Of a stretch of DNA of 64,000 nucleotides, positions 43,924 to 53,819 are shown in pieces (position 1 is the first letter of the stretch; each line of letters starts with the position of its first letter). The position numbers and the translations under genes were made by a program. The notes below the pieces were generated by a model. It saw only the letters and a program-made list of their open reading frames with translations, made no database searches and was not told the origin of the DNA. Source of the DNA: an uncultured Ectothiorhodospiraceae bacterium. Its GTDB lineage: Bacteria; Pseudomonadota; Gammaproteobacteria; JAABTG01. The stretch lies in contig CALMKJ010000204.1 in the NCBI GenBank assembly GCA_937867305.1, positions 14,403 through 78,402 on the forward strand, given 5' to 3'.

Positions 43924-44750
43924 CGGTCCGCCCCCAGGCTGTCACCCAGCTCCGCGGACCGGGCCCGGGCCGCCGCGACCGCCTTCAGGAAGGCGGCCCG
44001 CACGCCGGCGGCCTCGAGGTGCGCCACGGCGCGCTCCGTGGTGCCCCCGGGAGAGGTCACCCGCGCCCGCAGGGTCGCCGGGTCCTCGCTCGACTCGATG
44101 GCCATGCGGGCCGCACCGAGCGCGGTCTCGAGCGTCAGCAGCCGAGCCGTCTCCCGCTCGAGCCCGAGGCTCACCCCCGCCTCCTCCAGCATCTCCATCA
44201 CCAGGAAGAAGTACGCGGGCCCGCTCCCGGAGAGGGCCGTCACGACGTCCATGAGGGACTCGTCCTCCACCCACAGGGTCATCCCCACCGCGCGCAGGAC
44301 CGACTCGGCGAGGTCGCGCTGGGCGGGGCTGACGAAGGGGTTGGCGAAGAGCGCGGTGGCCCCGCTGCGCACCAGCGCGGGCGTGTTCGGCATCGTGCGC
44401 ACGATGGGCGCGTCGTAGCCGAGCCAGCGGCGGATGTCGGGCTCGCGCACGCCCGCGGCGATGGAGATGACGAGCGCCCTCTCCTCCCGCAGACGGGGCC
44501 CGAGCGCGGCCGCGACCAGACGCAGCACCTGGGGCTTGACCGCGAGCACGACCACGGAGGCCCCGGTGACCGCGTCCCCGTTATCGCTGCAGACGTCGAT
44601 GGAAAAGCGCCCCGTCAGCTCCGCGCGCCGCTCGGCCCGCGGCTCCGCGACACGGATCTCCGACGGCGGCCACCCTCCGGCGACCAACCCGCCAACCAGG
44701 CTGGCGGCCATGTTGCCGCCACCGATGAACGCGATGACCTGCCTGCTCAT
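43920..44750 (-). CDS. proC: pyrroline-5-carboxylate reductase
   Basis: MSRQVIAFIGGGNMAASLVGGL... Rossmann fold and P5CR C-terminal dimerisation domain (TSPGGTT). Confidence 0.92.
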   Translation of the reverse strand: MSRQVIAFIGGGNMAASLVGGLVAGGWPPSEIRVAEPRAERRAELTGRFSIDVCSDNGDAVTGASVVVLAVKPQVLRLVAAALGPRLREERALVISIAAGVREPDIRRWLGYDAPIVRTMPNTPALVRSGATALFANPFVSPAQRDLAESVLRAVGMTLWVEDESLMDVVTALSGSGPAYFFLVMEMLEEAGVSLGLERETARLLTLETALGAARMAIESSEDPATLRARVTSPGGTTERAVAHLEAAGVRAAFLKAVAAARARSAELGDSLGADR

Positions 44751-44793
44751 GGCGCCCTCCCCGCGAGTGCGCGAGGATAGCATGGACTCCCGC

Positions 44794-45477
44794 TCACCTC
44801 GGGCCGAAGATCGCCGTGCCCACCCGCACCAGGGTCGAGCCCTCGGCCACCGCCGCCTCCAGGTCGCCGCTCATGCCCATGGACAGGGTGTCGAGCGGGA
44901 GGCCCTCGGCCCGGAGCCCCTCGAAGAGCTCCCGCAGGGACCGGAAGGCCTGGCGCTGGAGCTCGAAGTCCTCCCCGGGCGCCGGCACGGCCATCAGCCC
45001 CCGCAGGCGCAGCCGCGGGAGCCCGACCACCGTCCGCGCCAGCGCCGGCAGCTCGCCCGGCGCCACCCCGGACTTGCTCTCCTCCCCGCTCACGTTCACC
45101 TCCAGGCAAACCTGGAGGGGAGGCAGCCCCGCGGGGCGCTGCTCCGCCAGCCGCCGGGCGACCTTCTCCCGGTCCACGCTGTGGACCCACGCGAAGCGCT
45201 CGGCGATGGGGCGGGTCTTGTTGGACTGGACCGGCCCGATGAAATGCCACTCGATCGCCAGGTCCTCGAGGGCCCCCATCTTCCCGAGGGCCTCGCTCAC
45301 GTAGTTCTCACCGAAGGCCCGCTGCCCCGCGGCGAAGGCCGCCCGGAGGTCCTCCGGGGGGCGGGTCTTGGTGACCGCCAGGAGCGCCACCGAACCGGGC
45401 GCGCGCCCGAAGCGCTCCTCCGCCGACCGGATCCGCGCCTGCACCGCCTGCAACGCCGCTGCCACGTCCTGCATCAC
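44794..45477 (-). CDS. yggS: PLP-homeostasis protein YggS (alanine-racemase-fold)
   Basis: LLAVTKTRPPE...FGENYVSEA...WHFIGPVQSNKTR... matches the YggS/PROSC family. Confidence 0.9.
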   Translation of the reverse strand: MMQDVAAALQAVQARIRSAEERFGRAPGSVALLAVTKTRPPEDLRAAFAAGQRAFGENYVSEALGKMGALEDLAIEWHFIGPVQSNKTRPIAERFAWVHSVDREKVARRLAEQRPAGLPPLQVCLEVNVSGEESKSGVAPGELPALARTVVGLPRLRLRGLMAVPAPGEDFELQRQAFRSLRELFEGLRAEGLPLDTLSMGMSGDLEAAVAEGSTLVRVGTAIFGPR

Positions 45478-45637
45478 ACCACCCCCCCGGCCCCAGCGCC
45501 TGGAATCGACCCGCCGCGGGCCCGGGCGCAGGGCCCTGCCGGCGGACCGTTGGGACTATACTTCGACCGCGCCTGGCCGATACCGTCCTTCGATTGCGCC
45601 TGCCGGCGCGAGGCCCGCAACGGGGTGTCGACTGTCC

Positions 45638-46672
45638 ATGGATATCGGTGAACTGCTCGCATTTTCGGTGAAGAACGGGGCCTCGGACCTGCACCTGTCG
45701 GCCGGCCTGCCCCCCATGATCCGCGTCGACGGGGACATCCGCCGCATCAACGTCCCCGCCCTCGAGCACAAAGTCGTGCACGACCTCGTGTACGACATCA
45801 TGAACGACAAGCAGCGCAAGGACTACGAGGAGTTCCTGGAGACGGACTTCTCCTTCGAGATCCCGGGGCTCGCCCGCTTCCGCGTCAACGCATTCAACCA
45901 GAACCGCGGGGCGGCCGCGGTCTTCCGCACGATTCCCTCGAAGATCCTGACCCTCGAGGACCTGAACGCCCCGTCGATCTTCAAGCAGATCTCGGACAAC
46001 CCCCGGGGCGTCGTCCTCGTCACCGGCCCCACCGGCTCCGGAAAGTCGACCACGCTCGCGGCGATGATCGACTACAAGAACAACTCCGAATACGGGCACA
46101 TCCTCACCATCGAGGACCCGATCGAGTTCGTGCACGAGAGCAAGAAGTGCCTCATCAACCAGCGCGAGGTGCACCGCGACACGCTCGGCTTCAACGAAGC
46201 GCTGCGCTCGGCCTTGCGCGAGGACCCGGACATCGTCCTGGTGGGCGAGATGCGAGACCTGGAGACCATCCGGCTCGCGCTCACCGCGGCCGAGACCGGC
46301 CACCTCGTCTTCGGGACCCTGCACACCAGTTCCGCGGCCAAGACCATCGACCGCATCGTCGACGTGTTCCCGGCGGCCGAGAAGGACATGATCCGGGCGA
46401 TGCTGTCGGAGTCCCTGCGCGCGGTCATCTCCCAGACGCTGCTGAAGAAGATCGGCGGGGGGCGCATCGCCGCCCACGAGATCATGATCGGCACCCCGGC
46501 CATCCGGAACCTCATCCGCGAGAACAAGATCGCCCAGATGTACTCGGCGATCCAGACCGGCCAGCAGTTCGGGATGCAGACCCTCGACCAGAACCTGCAG
46601 GAGCTCTCGCGCAAGGGTCTGGTGAGCCGCGAAGAGGCGCGCAAGCGCGCGGCCAACAAAGACAACTTCTGA
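45638..46672 (+). CDS. pilT: type IV pilus retraction ATPase PilT
   Basis: MDIGELLAFSVKNGASDLHLSAGLPPMIRVDGDIRRI...VTGPTGSGKSTTLAAMID...TIEDPIEFVH... is highly similar to P. aeruginosa PilT. The start is the internal ATG at 45638. Confidence 0.95.
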   Translation: MDIGELLAFSVKNGASDLHLSAGLPPMIRVDGDIRRINVPALEHKVVHDLVYDIMNDKQRKDYEEFLETDFSFEIPGLARFRVNAFNQNRGAAAVFRTIPSKILTLEDLNAPSIFKQISDNPRGVVLVTGPTGSGKSTTLAAMIDYKNNSEYGHILTIEDPIEFVHESKKCLINQREVHRDTLGFNEALRSALREDPDIVLVGEMRDLETIRLALTAAETGHLVFGTLHTSSAAKTIDRIVDVFPAAEKDMIRAMLSESLRAVISQTLLKKIGGGRIAAHEIMIGTPAIRNLIRENKIAQMYSAIQTGQQFGMQTLDQNLQELSRKGLVSREEARKRAANKDNF

Positions 46673-46685
46673 GACCGAGGCGCCC

Positions 46686-47882
46686 ATGGAACGCGACCAG
46701 GCAATCAAGTTCATGCTGGACCTGCTTCGGCTCATGGTCCAGAAGCAGGGCTCCGATCTCTTCATCACCGAGGGCTTCCCCCCGGCGATCAAGGTGCACG
46801 GCAAGGTGCAGCCGGTCTCGAAGAAGCCCCTCACGGCAGAGAACACCCGCACGATGGCGCACGCCATCATGAACGACCGCCAGCTGAAGGAGTTCGAGGC
46901 GACCAAGGAGGCGAACTTCGCCATCGCCCCCCAGGGGATCGGGCGCTTCCGCGTCAACGCGATGGTGCAGCGCGGGGCCGCCGGCCTGGTGCTGCGCACC
47001 ATCGAGACCACGCCCCCGACCTTCGAGAAGTTCGGCCTGCCCGAGATCCTGAAGGACATCGTGATGACGAAGCGCGGCCTCGTCATCATGGTGGGCGGAA
47101 CCGGCACCGGCAAGTCGACCAGCCTCGCGGCGATGATCGACTACCGCAACGAGAACTCCCACGGCCACATCATCACCATCGAGGACCCGATCGAGTTCGT
47201 GCACCCGCACCGCAACTGCATCGTCACGCAGCGCGAGGTGGGAGTGGACACGGAAGACTGGGACATCGCGCTCAAGAACACCCTGCGCCAGGCGCCGGAC
47301 GTCATCCTGCTCGGCGAGATCCGGGACCGCCGGACCATGGAGTTCGCCATCCAGTTCGCCGAGACCGGGCACCTGGCCATGGCGACCCTGCACGCCAACA
47401 GCGCCAACCAGGCGTTGGACCGCATCATCAACTTCTTCCCGGACGAGCGGCGCGCCCAGCTCCTGATGGACCTCTCGCTGAACCTGAAGGCCGTCGTGTC
47501 CCAGCGCCTCCTGCGCACGGTGGACGGCCAGGGCCGCGTCGCCGCCTTCGAGATCATGCTGAACACCCCGCTCATCTCGGACCTGATCCTGAAGGGCGAG
47601 ATCCACGAGCTGAAGGCGATCATGCAGCGCTCGAAAGAGCTCGGCATGCAGACGTTCGACATGGCCCTCTTCGACCTCTACGAGGCGGACAAGATCACGC
47701 TGGAAGAGGCCCTGCGCAACGCCGACTCGGCGAACGAGCTGAGGCTGCGGATCAAGCTCGAGGGCAAGGAGGCCAAGGGGCGGGACATGCTCGGCGAGCT
47801 GGGCAGCCTCTCCCTCGAGGTGAAGACCGAGGAGAGCGGCATCATCCACCAGCGATCCGCGGGCTCGCGGACGCTCCTCTGA
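46686..47882 (+). CDS. pilU: type IV pilus retraction ATPase PilU
   Basis: MERDQAIKFMLDLLRLMVQKQGSDLFITEGFPPAIKVHGKV...MVGGTGTGKSTSLAAMID... matches PilU, with its typical C-terminal extension. Confidence 0.93.
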   Translation: MERDQAIKFMLDLLRLMVQKQGSDLFITEGFPPAIKVHGKVQPVSKKPLTAENTRTMAHAIMNDRQLKEFEATKEANFAIAPQGIGRFRVNAMVQRGAAGLVLRTIETTPPTFEKFGLPEILKDIVMTKRGLVIMVGGTGTGKSTSLAAMIDYRNENSHGHIITIEDPIEFVHPHRNCIVTQREVGVDTEDWDIALKNTLRQAPDVILLGEIRDRRTMEFAIQFAETGHLAMATLHANSANQALDRIINFFPDERRAQLLMDLSLNLKAVVSQRLLRTVDGQGRVAAFEIMLNTPLISDLILKGEIHELKAIMQRSKELGMQTFDMALFDLYEADKITLEEALRNADSANELRLRIKLEGKEAKGRDMLGELGSLSLEVKTEESGIIHQRSAGSRTLL

Positions 47883-47906
47883 GGACGGACTGCAGGCACC
47901 GGGGCG

Positions 47907-47932
47907 GGCCGCAGGGGGGATCCCCCGCGGCC
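47907..47932 (+). terminator. stem-loop after pilU
   Basis: GGCCGC-a-GGGGGGATCCCCC-GCGGCC has a 12-bp GGGGGATCCCCC palindrome core. It lies 25 nt after the pilU stop and is not followed by a T-run. Confidence 0.4.
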
Positions 47933-47947
47933 TGAGCCGGGCTCACG

Positions 47948-49012
47948 TTGACCATGGACATCACACCCTATCTCAAACTGATGGTCGAGAAGAGCGCCTC
48001 GGACGTGTTCTTCTCCGCAGGCGCCCCGGTCAAGATCAAGATCGAGGGCCAGTCCCGACCGGTCGGCAAGACGGTCCTGTCCGGGGAGATGACCCGGGCC
48101 GCGGCCTACGGGATCATGACCGACGCGCAGATCCAGGACTTCGAGCGCGATCTCGAGTGTGACTTCGCCATCTCCCTCCCGGACGGGTCGGCGCGCTATC
48201 GCGTGAACGTGTTCCGCCAGCGCGGCGAGGTCTCGATGGTGCTGCGGCTGGTCCCGTCGAAGATCCCGACGATCGAGGAGCTGAAGCTGCCGGCGGTGCT
48301 CGGCGACATCGTCATGCACAAGCGCGGCCTGATCCTCATGGTAGGCGCCACCGGCTCGGGCAAGTCGACCACCCTCGCCGCGATGCTGGACCAGCGCAAC
48401 GCCAGCCAGTCCTGCCACATCCTCACGATCGAGGACCCCATCGAGTTCGTTCACTCGAACAAACAGGCCATCGTCAACCAGCGCGAGATCGGGGTCGACA
48501 CCCTCTCCTACCGCAGCGCCCTGCGCAGCTCCCTGCGCGAGGCGCCCGACGTGATCCTCATCGGCGAGATCCGCGACCAGCCCACCATGGAGGCGGCCCT
48601 GGAGCTGTGCAACACGGGACACCTGGCGCTCTCGACGCTGCACGCGAACAACGCCCACCAGGCGATGGAGCGCGTGATCAATCTCTTCCCCCAGTCCCTG
48701 CACAAGCAGCTGTTCATGGACCTCTCCCTCAACCTGCGTGCGGTGATCTCCCAGCGCCTGGTGATGGGGATCGACAACCGGCGGGTGGCGGCGATCGAGG
48801 TGATGATCAACACGCCGCACATCGCGGAGCTGATCCTCAAGGGCAACATCGACGAGCTGCGCGAGGCGATGGCCGCGAGCGGGGCCAAGGGGATGCAGAC
48901 CTTCGACGAGTCGCTCTACCGCCTGTACCGGGAGGGGCGGATCTCGCTCGAGGAGGCGCTGAACAACGCCGACTCGCGCGCGAACCTCGAGGCGAAGATC
49001 AACTTCGGGTAG
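47948..49012 (+). CDS. third PilT/PilU-family hexameric retraction-type ATPase (PilU-like paralog)
   Basis: MDITPYLKLMVEKSASDVFFSAGAPVKIKIEGQ...MVGATGSGKSTTLAAMLD...TIEDPIEFVH...IGEIRD...LSTLHAN has Walker A/B, Asp box and His box all intact. Confidence 0.85.
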   Translation: MTMDITPYLKLMVEKSASDVFFSAGAPVKIKIEGQSRPVGKTVLSGEMTRAAAYGIMTDAQIQDFERDLECDFAISLPDGSARYRVNVFRQRGEVSMVLRLVPSKIPTIEELKLPAVLGDIVMHKRGLILMVGATGSGKSTTLAAMLDQRNASQSCHILTIEDPIEFVHSNKQAIVNQREIGVDTLSYRSALRSSLREAPDVILIGEIRDQPTMEAALELCNTGHLALSTLHANNAHQAMERVINLFPQSLHKQLFMDLSLNLRAVISQRLVMGIDNRRVAAIEVMINTPHIAELILKGNIDELREAMAASGAKGMQTFDESLYRLYREGRISLEEALNNADSRANLEAKINFG

Positions 49013-49065
49013 CCTGCCCGGCTCCGGCCGGGGGGACGCAAACGGCACGTTGCCTGGCCCTGGCG

Positions 49066-49938
49066 TCAGCCGAAGACCGACCGGGCGTCGAAGACGGGGC
49101 CGTCGACACAGACCCGCTTCATCGCGGGGCCCTCGGGCGTCTCGATGCGCACGACGCAACCGGCACAGGCGCCCACCCCACAGGCCATGTACTCCTCCAG
49201 CGAGACCTGGCAGGGCAGTCCGTGCTCGCGGGCGAGGCGGGCCGCGGCGGCAAGCATGGGGTGGGGGCCGCAGGCGAAGACCTCGACCTCCGCGCGCTCC
49301 TGCGCGGTGAGGGCTTCGAGCCAGGACCGGGCGAGGTCGGTGACGTAGCCCCGGTGGCAGCCGGGGTAACCCTGCAGACTCGCGAGACGGCTCGGAGCGC
49401 CGATGGCCTCGAGGTCGGCAAGGGCCTCGCTCACCTGGGGCGCGACACCGGGGACCGGCAGGCGCGAGGCGACGGTCGCGAAGGGGAACGGCACCTCGGA
49501 GCCCATCAGCACCAGGGGACGGACGCCTGCCGAGGCCCCTCCCCGCAACTGCCTCGCGAGGAACAGCATCGGTGGAATGCCCACCCCGCCGCCCAGCAGC
49601 AGGGAGCGGGGGCGCGCCGGGTGCGGGGCGAAGGGCGTGCCGATGGGCGCCATGAGGCTCAGGCGCTCACCGGGCTGGCGGCGCGCGAGGGCCGCGGTGC
49701 CCGCACCCACGGCCTTGTAGAGGAATCCCAGGGTGCCCGCCTCGCGGTCGGCGGACAGGATCGAGATCGGGCGGCGCATTGCGATGCCTTCGCCCACGGC
49801 GATGTGGGCGAACTGCCCGGGCCGGGCACGGGTCGCGGCGCGGGGGGCCCGCACCGTCAGCACGTACTGGCCACCCGGCCAGGCCGTGTGGGTCAGGACC
49901 TCCGCCGCCTCGACGGCGATGGTGGCGCGGTAGGTCAT
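49066..49938 (-). CDS. PyrK-like FAD/NAD(P)-binding ferredoxin-reductase-type oxidoreductase with C-terminal [2Fe-2S]-binding Cys cluster
   Basis: RRPISIL (RxxS FAD motif), GGGVGIPPMLFLARQL (NAD) and a C-terminal CGPHPM...CGVGACAGC, as in the dihydroorotate dehydrogenase electron-transfer subunit PyrK family. Confidence 0.65.
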   Translation of the reverse strand: MTYRATIAVEAAEVLTHTAWPGGQYVLTVRAPRAATRARPGQFAHIAVGEGIAMRRPISILSADREAGTLGFLYKAVGAGTAALARRQPGERLSLMAPIGTPFAPHPARPRSLLLGGGVGIPPMLFLARQLRGGASAGVRPLVLMGSEVPFPFATVASRLPVPGVAPQVSEALADLEAIGAPSRLASLQGYPGCHRGYVTDLARSWLEALTAQERAEVEVFACGPHPMLAAAARLAREHGLPCQVSLEEYMACGVGACAGCVVRIETPEGPAMKRVCVDGPVFDARSVFG

Positions 49939-49980
49939 GCGGGTGTCCGCCGGCGAGTCACGCAGGTCCCCGGTTGACGC

Positions 49981-51273
49981 TCATCTCCCGGGCGCGGGCG
50001 GACGCTCGAAGACGACGCGGCCGGCGAGCAGTGTGCAGACCACCCGGCCCTTCATCTCCCACCCCAGGAACGGCGTGTTGTGGCCACGGCTGACGAGGGA
50101 CTCCTCCGTCACCAGCCACCGAGCCTCGGGGTCGAAGACGCAGAGGTCCGCGACCCGGCCAGGCGCCAGGGTGCCCCGGTCGAGCCCCAGGATACGGGCC
50201 GGCCCCGAGGTCACCGCCGCGAGGGCGCCGCTCAGGTCGGTGACCCCCTCCGCCACCAGCCTCAGCACCAGCGGGAGCAGGGTCTCGAGACCCGAGATCC
50301 CCACGTCGGTTGCGCCGAAGGGGTTCTGCTTGGCGTCCACTTCGTGCGGCTGGTGGTCGGAGGTGACCGCCCCGAGGACCCCCCGGGCCACCCCCGCCCG
50401 CAGTCCCCCCCGGTCGGCCCCGGTGCGCAGCGGCGGGGAGACGTGGCAGCGGGCGTCGAACCCGGAGAGGTCCGCGTCGGTCAGGTACAGGTGGTGGACA
50501 CCCACGTCGGCGCTCACCGGCAGGCCACGGGCCTGGGCCTCGGCGACCATCTGGACTCCCCGCGCGGTGGAGAGGTGCCCGAAGTGCGCCCGCACGCCGG
50601 TCGCCTCCACCAGCAGGAGGTCCCGCGCCAGGGCCACGGTCTCGGCGCACTCCGGCGCCCCGGAGAGGCCGAGGCGGGTCGCCATGGCGCCGTCGTGGGC
50701 GTTGCGCCCCGCGGACAACCAGGGGTCCTGGGGCTCGAGGAAGACGGTCAGGCCGAAGGTCGCGGCGTACTGCATCGCGAGCCGCATCACCTCGGTGCTC
50801 GTGACCGGCTGGCTGGCGTTGCCGACCCCGACGCAGCCCGCCTTCTGCAGCCCGCCCATCTCCGCCAGGCGCTGCCCCTGCAGCCCCTGGGTGAGCGCGC
50901 CCACCACCTCGACCCGGGCCATGCCGGCGCGGGCCGCACGCTGGTGGATCAGTTCCACCACCGCGCGCGTGTCCACGACCGGCTCGGTGTCCGGCGGGCA
51001 GCAGAGGGTGGTGATCCCACCCGCTGCCGCAGCGCGGGTCTCCTGGGCGATCGTGGTCTTGGTCTCGAGCCCGGGCTCGCGCAGCCGCGCGCGCAGGTCC
51101 ACCAGACCGGGACACACCACGAGACCCGCCGCATCGACGACCCGGTCGGCGGTGAAGCCTTCGGGGAGGTCGCCGAGCCCCACGACCCGGCCCTTGGCCA
51201 CGTGGAGGTCCGCCACGCGGTCGATGCCGCTGGCCGGGTCGACGACCCGGCCGCCGCGCACGGTCAGGCGCAT
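49981..51273 (-). CDS. pyrC': dihydroorotase-like non-catalytic protein PyrC' (ATCase-associated)
   Basis: DHOase fold, but the metal-binding DxHxHxREPG signature reads VDLRARLREPG (His replaced by Arg/Leu). It is the third gene of pyrR-pyrB-pyrC' as in Pseudomonas. Its start overlaps the pyrB stop. Confidence 0.8.
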   Translation of the reverse strand: MRLTVRGGRVVDPASGIDRVADLHVAKGRVVGLGDLPEGFTADRVVDAAGLVVCPGLVDLRARLREPGLETKTTIAQETRAAAAGGITTLCCPPDTEPVVDTRAVVELIHQRAARAGMARVEVVGALTQGLQGQRLAEMGGLQKAGCVGVGNASQPVTSTEVMRLAMQYAATFGLTVFLEPQDPWLSAGRNAHDGAMATRLGLSGAPECAETVALARDLLLVEATGVRAHFGHLSTARGVQMVAEAQARGLPVSADVGVHHLYLTDADLSGFDARCHVSPPLRTGADRGGLRAGVARGVLGAVTSDHQPHEVDAKQNPFGATDVGISGLETLLPLVLRLVAEGVTDLSGALAAVTSGPARILGLDRGTLAPGRVADLCVFDPEARWLVTEESLVSRGHNTPFLGWEMKGRVVCTLLAGRVVFERPPAPGR

Positions 51274-52253
51274 CAGTGTGCCCCCCCCGCGGTCCCCGCC
51301 GCGTGGCTGCCGAGGATGATGGACATCACCGCCATGCGGACGGCGATCCCGTACCCCACCTGCTGGAGGATGACGGAGCTCGGACCGTCGGCCACGTCCG
51401 AGGCGATCTCCACCCCCCGGTTCAGGGGCCCCGGGTGCATCACCAGGGCGTCGGGGCGGGCGAGGGCCAGACGCTCGCGGGTGAGCCCGTAGAACCGGAA
51501 GTACTCGTGCTCGCTCGGCAGCAGCCCGCCCTGCATCCGCTCCTTCTGCAGCCGCAGCATCACGATGACGTCCACGTCCTTCAGGCCCGACTGCATGTCG
51601 TGGAACACGCGCACCCCGAGGCCCTCCACCTGGGCCGGCACGAGCGTGCGGGGCGCCACCACCCGGATCTCCGCCGCACCCAGCGTGGTGAGGGCGTGGA
51701 TCTCGGAGCGGGCGACGCGCGAGTGCAGGATGTCGCCGACGATGGCCACCCGCAGCCTCGTGAAGTCCCCGCGCAGCCGCCGGATCGTGAACATGTCCAG
51801 CAGCGCCTGCGTCGGGTGGGCGTGCCGGCCGTCCCCGGCGTTGAGCACGCTCACGTGGGGGGCTGCGTGCTGGGCGATGAAGTGGGCGGCGCCGCTCTCC
51901 GGGTGACGCACCACGAACATGTCGCAGTGCATCGACTCCAGGTTGCGCAGGGTGTCGAGCAGGCTCTCGCCCTTGCTCGCCGAGGAGGCGGCGATATTGA
52001 TGGTCAGGAGGTCCGCGGAGAGCCGCTTGGCGGCGAGCTCGAAGGTCGTGCGGGTGCGCGTGCTCGGCTCGAAGAAGAGGTTGACGATGGTCTTGCCGCG
52101 CAGCAGGGGAACCTTCTTGACTGCCCGCTCCCCCACGCCGACGAAGGACTCGGCGGTGTCCAGGATCTGGGTCAGGATGGGCGCGGAGAGCCCCTCGGTG
52201 GAGAGGAAGTGCTTGAGCCGCCCGTTCTCGTCGACCTGTAGACTCGGCCGCAT
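51273..52253 (-). CDS. pyrB: aspartate carbamoyltransferase catalytic subunit
   Basis: ...[28 protein letters not shown]...HPTQALLD...HPGP shows STRTR, HPxQ and HPGP motifs. The start is uncertain (internal ATG at about 52253 or 52277). Confidence 0.92.
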   Translation of the reverse strand: MRPSLQVDENGRLKHFLSTEGLSAPILTQILDTAESFVGVGERAVKKVPLLRGKTIVNLFFEPSTRTRTTFELAAKRLSADLLTINIAASSASKGESLLDTLRNLESMHCDMFVVRHPESGAAHFIAQHAAPHVSVLNAGDGRHAHPTQALLDMFTIRRLRGDFTRLRVAIVGDILHSRVARSEIHALTTLGAAEIRVVAPRTLVPAQVEGLGVRVFHDMQSGLKDVDVIVMLRLQKERMQGGLLPSEHEYFRFYGLTRERLALARPDALVMHPGPLNRGVEIASDVADGPSSVILQQVGYGIAVRMAVMSIILGSHAAGTAGGAH

Positions 52254-52281
52254 ACTCTCCTCTCCCCGGGACACCACCCGC

Positions 52282-52809
52282 CTAGCGGGGCCCCAGAATC
52301 TCCAGGGCCAGCGGCTCGGGGCCGGTCAGCTTCAGGTGCTCTCCCGGCCCCAGGCGCACGGTCGCACCGGTGACGTCCGCCCGCACGGGCAATTCGTGCC
52401 CCCCGCGGTCGGCGAGGACCGCGAGCGTCACGCTGGCCGGCCGTCCGTAGTCGAAGATCTCGTTCAACGCCGCCCGGATCGTGCGCCCCGTCTGGAGCAC
52501 GTCGTCCACCAGCAGGATGTGCCGGTCGTCCACGTCGAAGGGCAGGCTGGAGGGCTCGACCCGGGGGTGCAGCCCGATCCGGGTGAAGTCGTCCCGGTAG
52601 AAGTTGATGCTCAACTCACCGAGGGGCGCCTCGATGCCGAGCCGCTCGTGCAGGCGCTCGGCCACCCAGACGCCTCCGGTGCGGATCCCCACCATCAGGG
52701 GCCGCTCGCGCCCCTCGGCCGCGAGCAGACGGCGCAGGTCCGCCGCCATCTGGCCGAGCAGACGCTCGATGTCGAAGGTGCTCACGGTTCCCCTCCTGCG
52801 TCGAGCCAA
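52282..52809 (-). CDS. pyrR: bifunctional pyr operon regulatory protein/uracil phosphoribosyltransferase PyrR
   Basis: [16 protein letters not shown]...[20 protein letters not shown] is a PRTase-type PyrR. The start is uncertain because it overlaps ruvX by up to 28 nt. Confidence 0.85.
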   Translation of the reverse strand: MARRRRGTVSTFDIERLLGQMAADLRRLLAAEGRERPLMVGIRTGGVWVAERLHERLGIEAPLGELSINFYRDDFTRIGLHPRVEPSSLPFDVDDRHILLVDDVLQTGRTIRAALNEIFDYGRPASVTLAVLADRGGHELPVRADVTGATVRLGPGEHLKLTGPEPLALEILGPR

Positions 52810-53204
52810 CCCGCCAGGATCAGCTGCGCCGCCAACGGGTCCGCCGGCTCGTGCCCACCGCGCCCCGCCTCGGCCATCTCCTGGCGGGCGACGCGCGTCG
52901 TCAGGCGCTCGTCCACCAGGTCCACCGGCAGCCCGAAGCGCCCCTCCAGCTGACGCCCGAAGCGGCGCGCCCCGCCGCTCGCCTCCTGCTCCTCCCCCTC
53001 CATCGTGAGCGGCAGCCCGACGACCAGCCGGGCCGGACGCCAGGCCGCGATGAGCCGCCCGACCTCCGCCCAGTCGGGCCGGTTGCGGCGCACGGACACC
53101 AGCCCCAGGGGGCGGGCGGTGCGGGTCACGGTCTCCCCGACCGCGACGCCGATGCGGCGCGTCCCGTAGTCGAAGGCGAGGAGGACGGAGGGGGCACCGC
53201 TCAC
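52782..53204 (-). CDS. ruvX: Holliday-junction resolvase-like YqgF/RuvX (pre-16S rRNA nuclease)
   Basis: GTG-start [24 protein letters not shown]...[13 protein letters not shown]...ERLTT matches YqgF. Confidence 0.85.
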   Translation of the reverse strand: MSGAPSVLLAFDYGTRRIGVAVGETVTRTARPLGLVSVRRNRPDWAEVGRLIAAWRPARLVVGLPLTMEGEEQEASGGARRFGRQLEGRFGLPVDLVDERLTTRVARQEMAEAGRGGHEPADPLAAQLILAGWLDAGGEP

Positions 53205-53764
53205 GCGTGACCCGCCTCGGTGGACAGCAGCGTGAGGTCGACGCCGAGGGAGGCGGCCGCCGCCGCCCAACGCTGCTCGCTCGGCAGCTCGAACAGGATC
53301 CTCACGTCCGCAGGGCCGCTCAGCCAGGCGTTCTCCGCCAGCTCGCGCTCCAGTTGCCCTGCGCCCCAACCGGCGTAGCCGAGCGCCACCAGCGCCTGGG
53401 GCGGGCCCTCGCCCCGGGCCATGGCGGCGAGGATGTCCCGCGAGGTGGCCACCGCGAGCTCGTCCGTCACCCGGAGCACGGCGTCCCAGACCCCGGCGGG
53501 GCGGTGGATGACGAAGCCACGCTCACGCTGTACCGGCCCGCCCTCGAACACGGGCATGTCGGCGACGGCCTCGGCGGTGGCCTGGATGTCGAGCTGCTCC
53601 AGGACGTCCGAAAGACGCAATTCCATCGGCCGATTGATGACGAGCCCCATCGCGCCCTCCTCGTTGTGGGCGCAGATGTAGGTCACGGTCTGATGGAAGT
53701 TCGGGTCCATCAGACTCGGCATGGCAATGAGGAAGTGATTGGTGAGATCGGCCCGGGCGAGCAT
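53201..53764 (-). CDS. yqgE: YqgE/AlgH family protein
   Basis: [46 protein letters not shown] matches YqgE/AlgH. The start is the internal ATG at 53764. Confidence 0.88.
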   Translation of the reverse strand: MLARADLTNHFLIAMPSLMDPNFHQTVTYICAHNEEGAMGLVINRPMELRLSDVLEQLDIQATAEAVADMPVFEGGPVQRERGFVIHRPAGVWDAVLRVTDELAVATSRDILAAMARGEGPPQALVALGYAGWGAGQLERELAENAWLSGPADVRILFELPSEQRWAAAAASLGVDLTLLSTEAGHA

Positions 53765-53819
53765 GGGGATAGTATCCGGCCGGCCGCGGGCGGGACTCAA
53801 GCCGACGCCTGGGGAGGGG

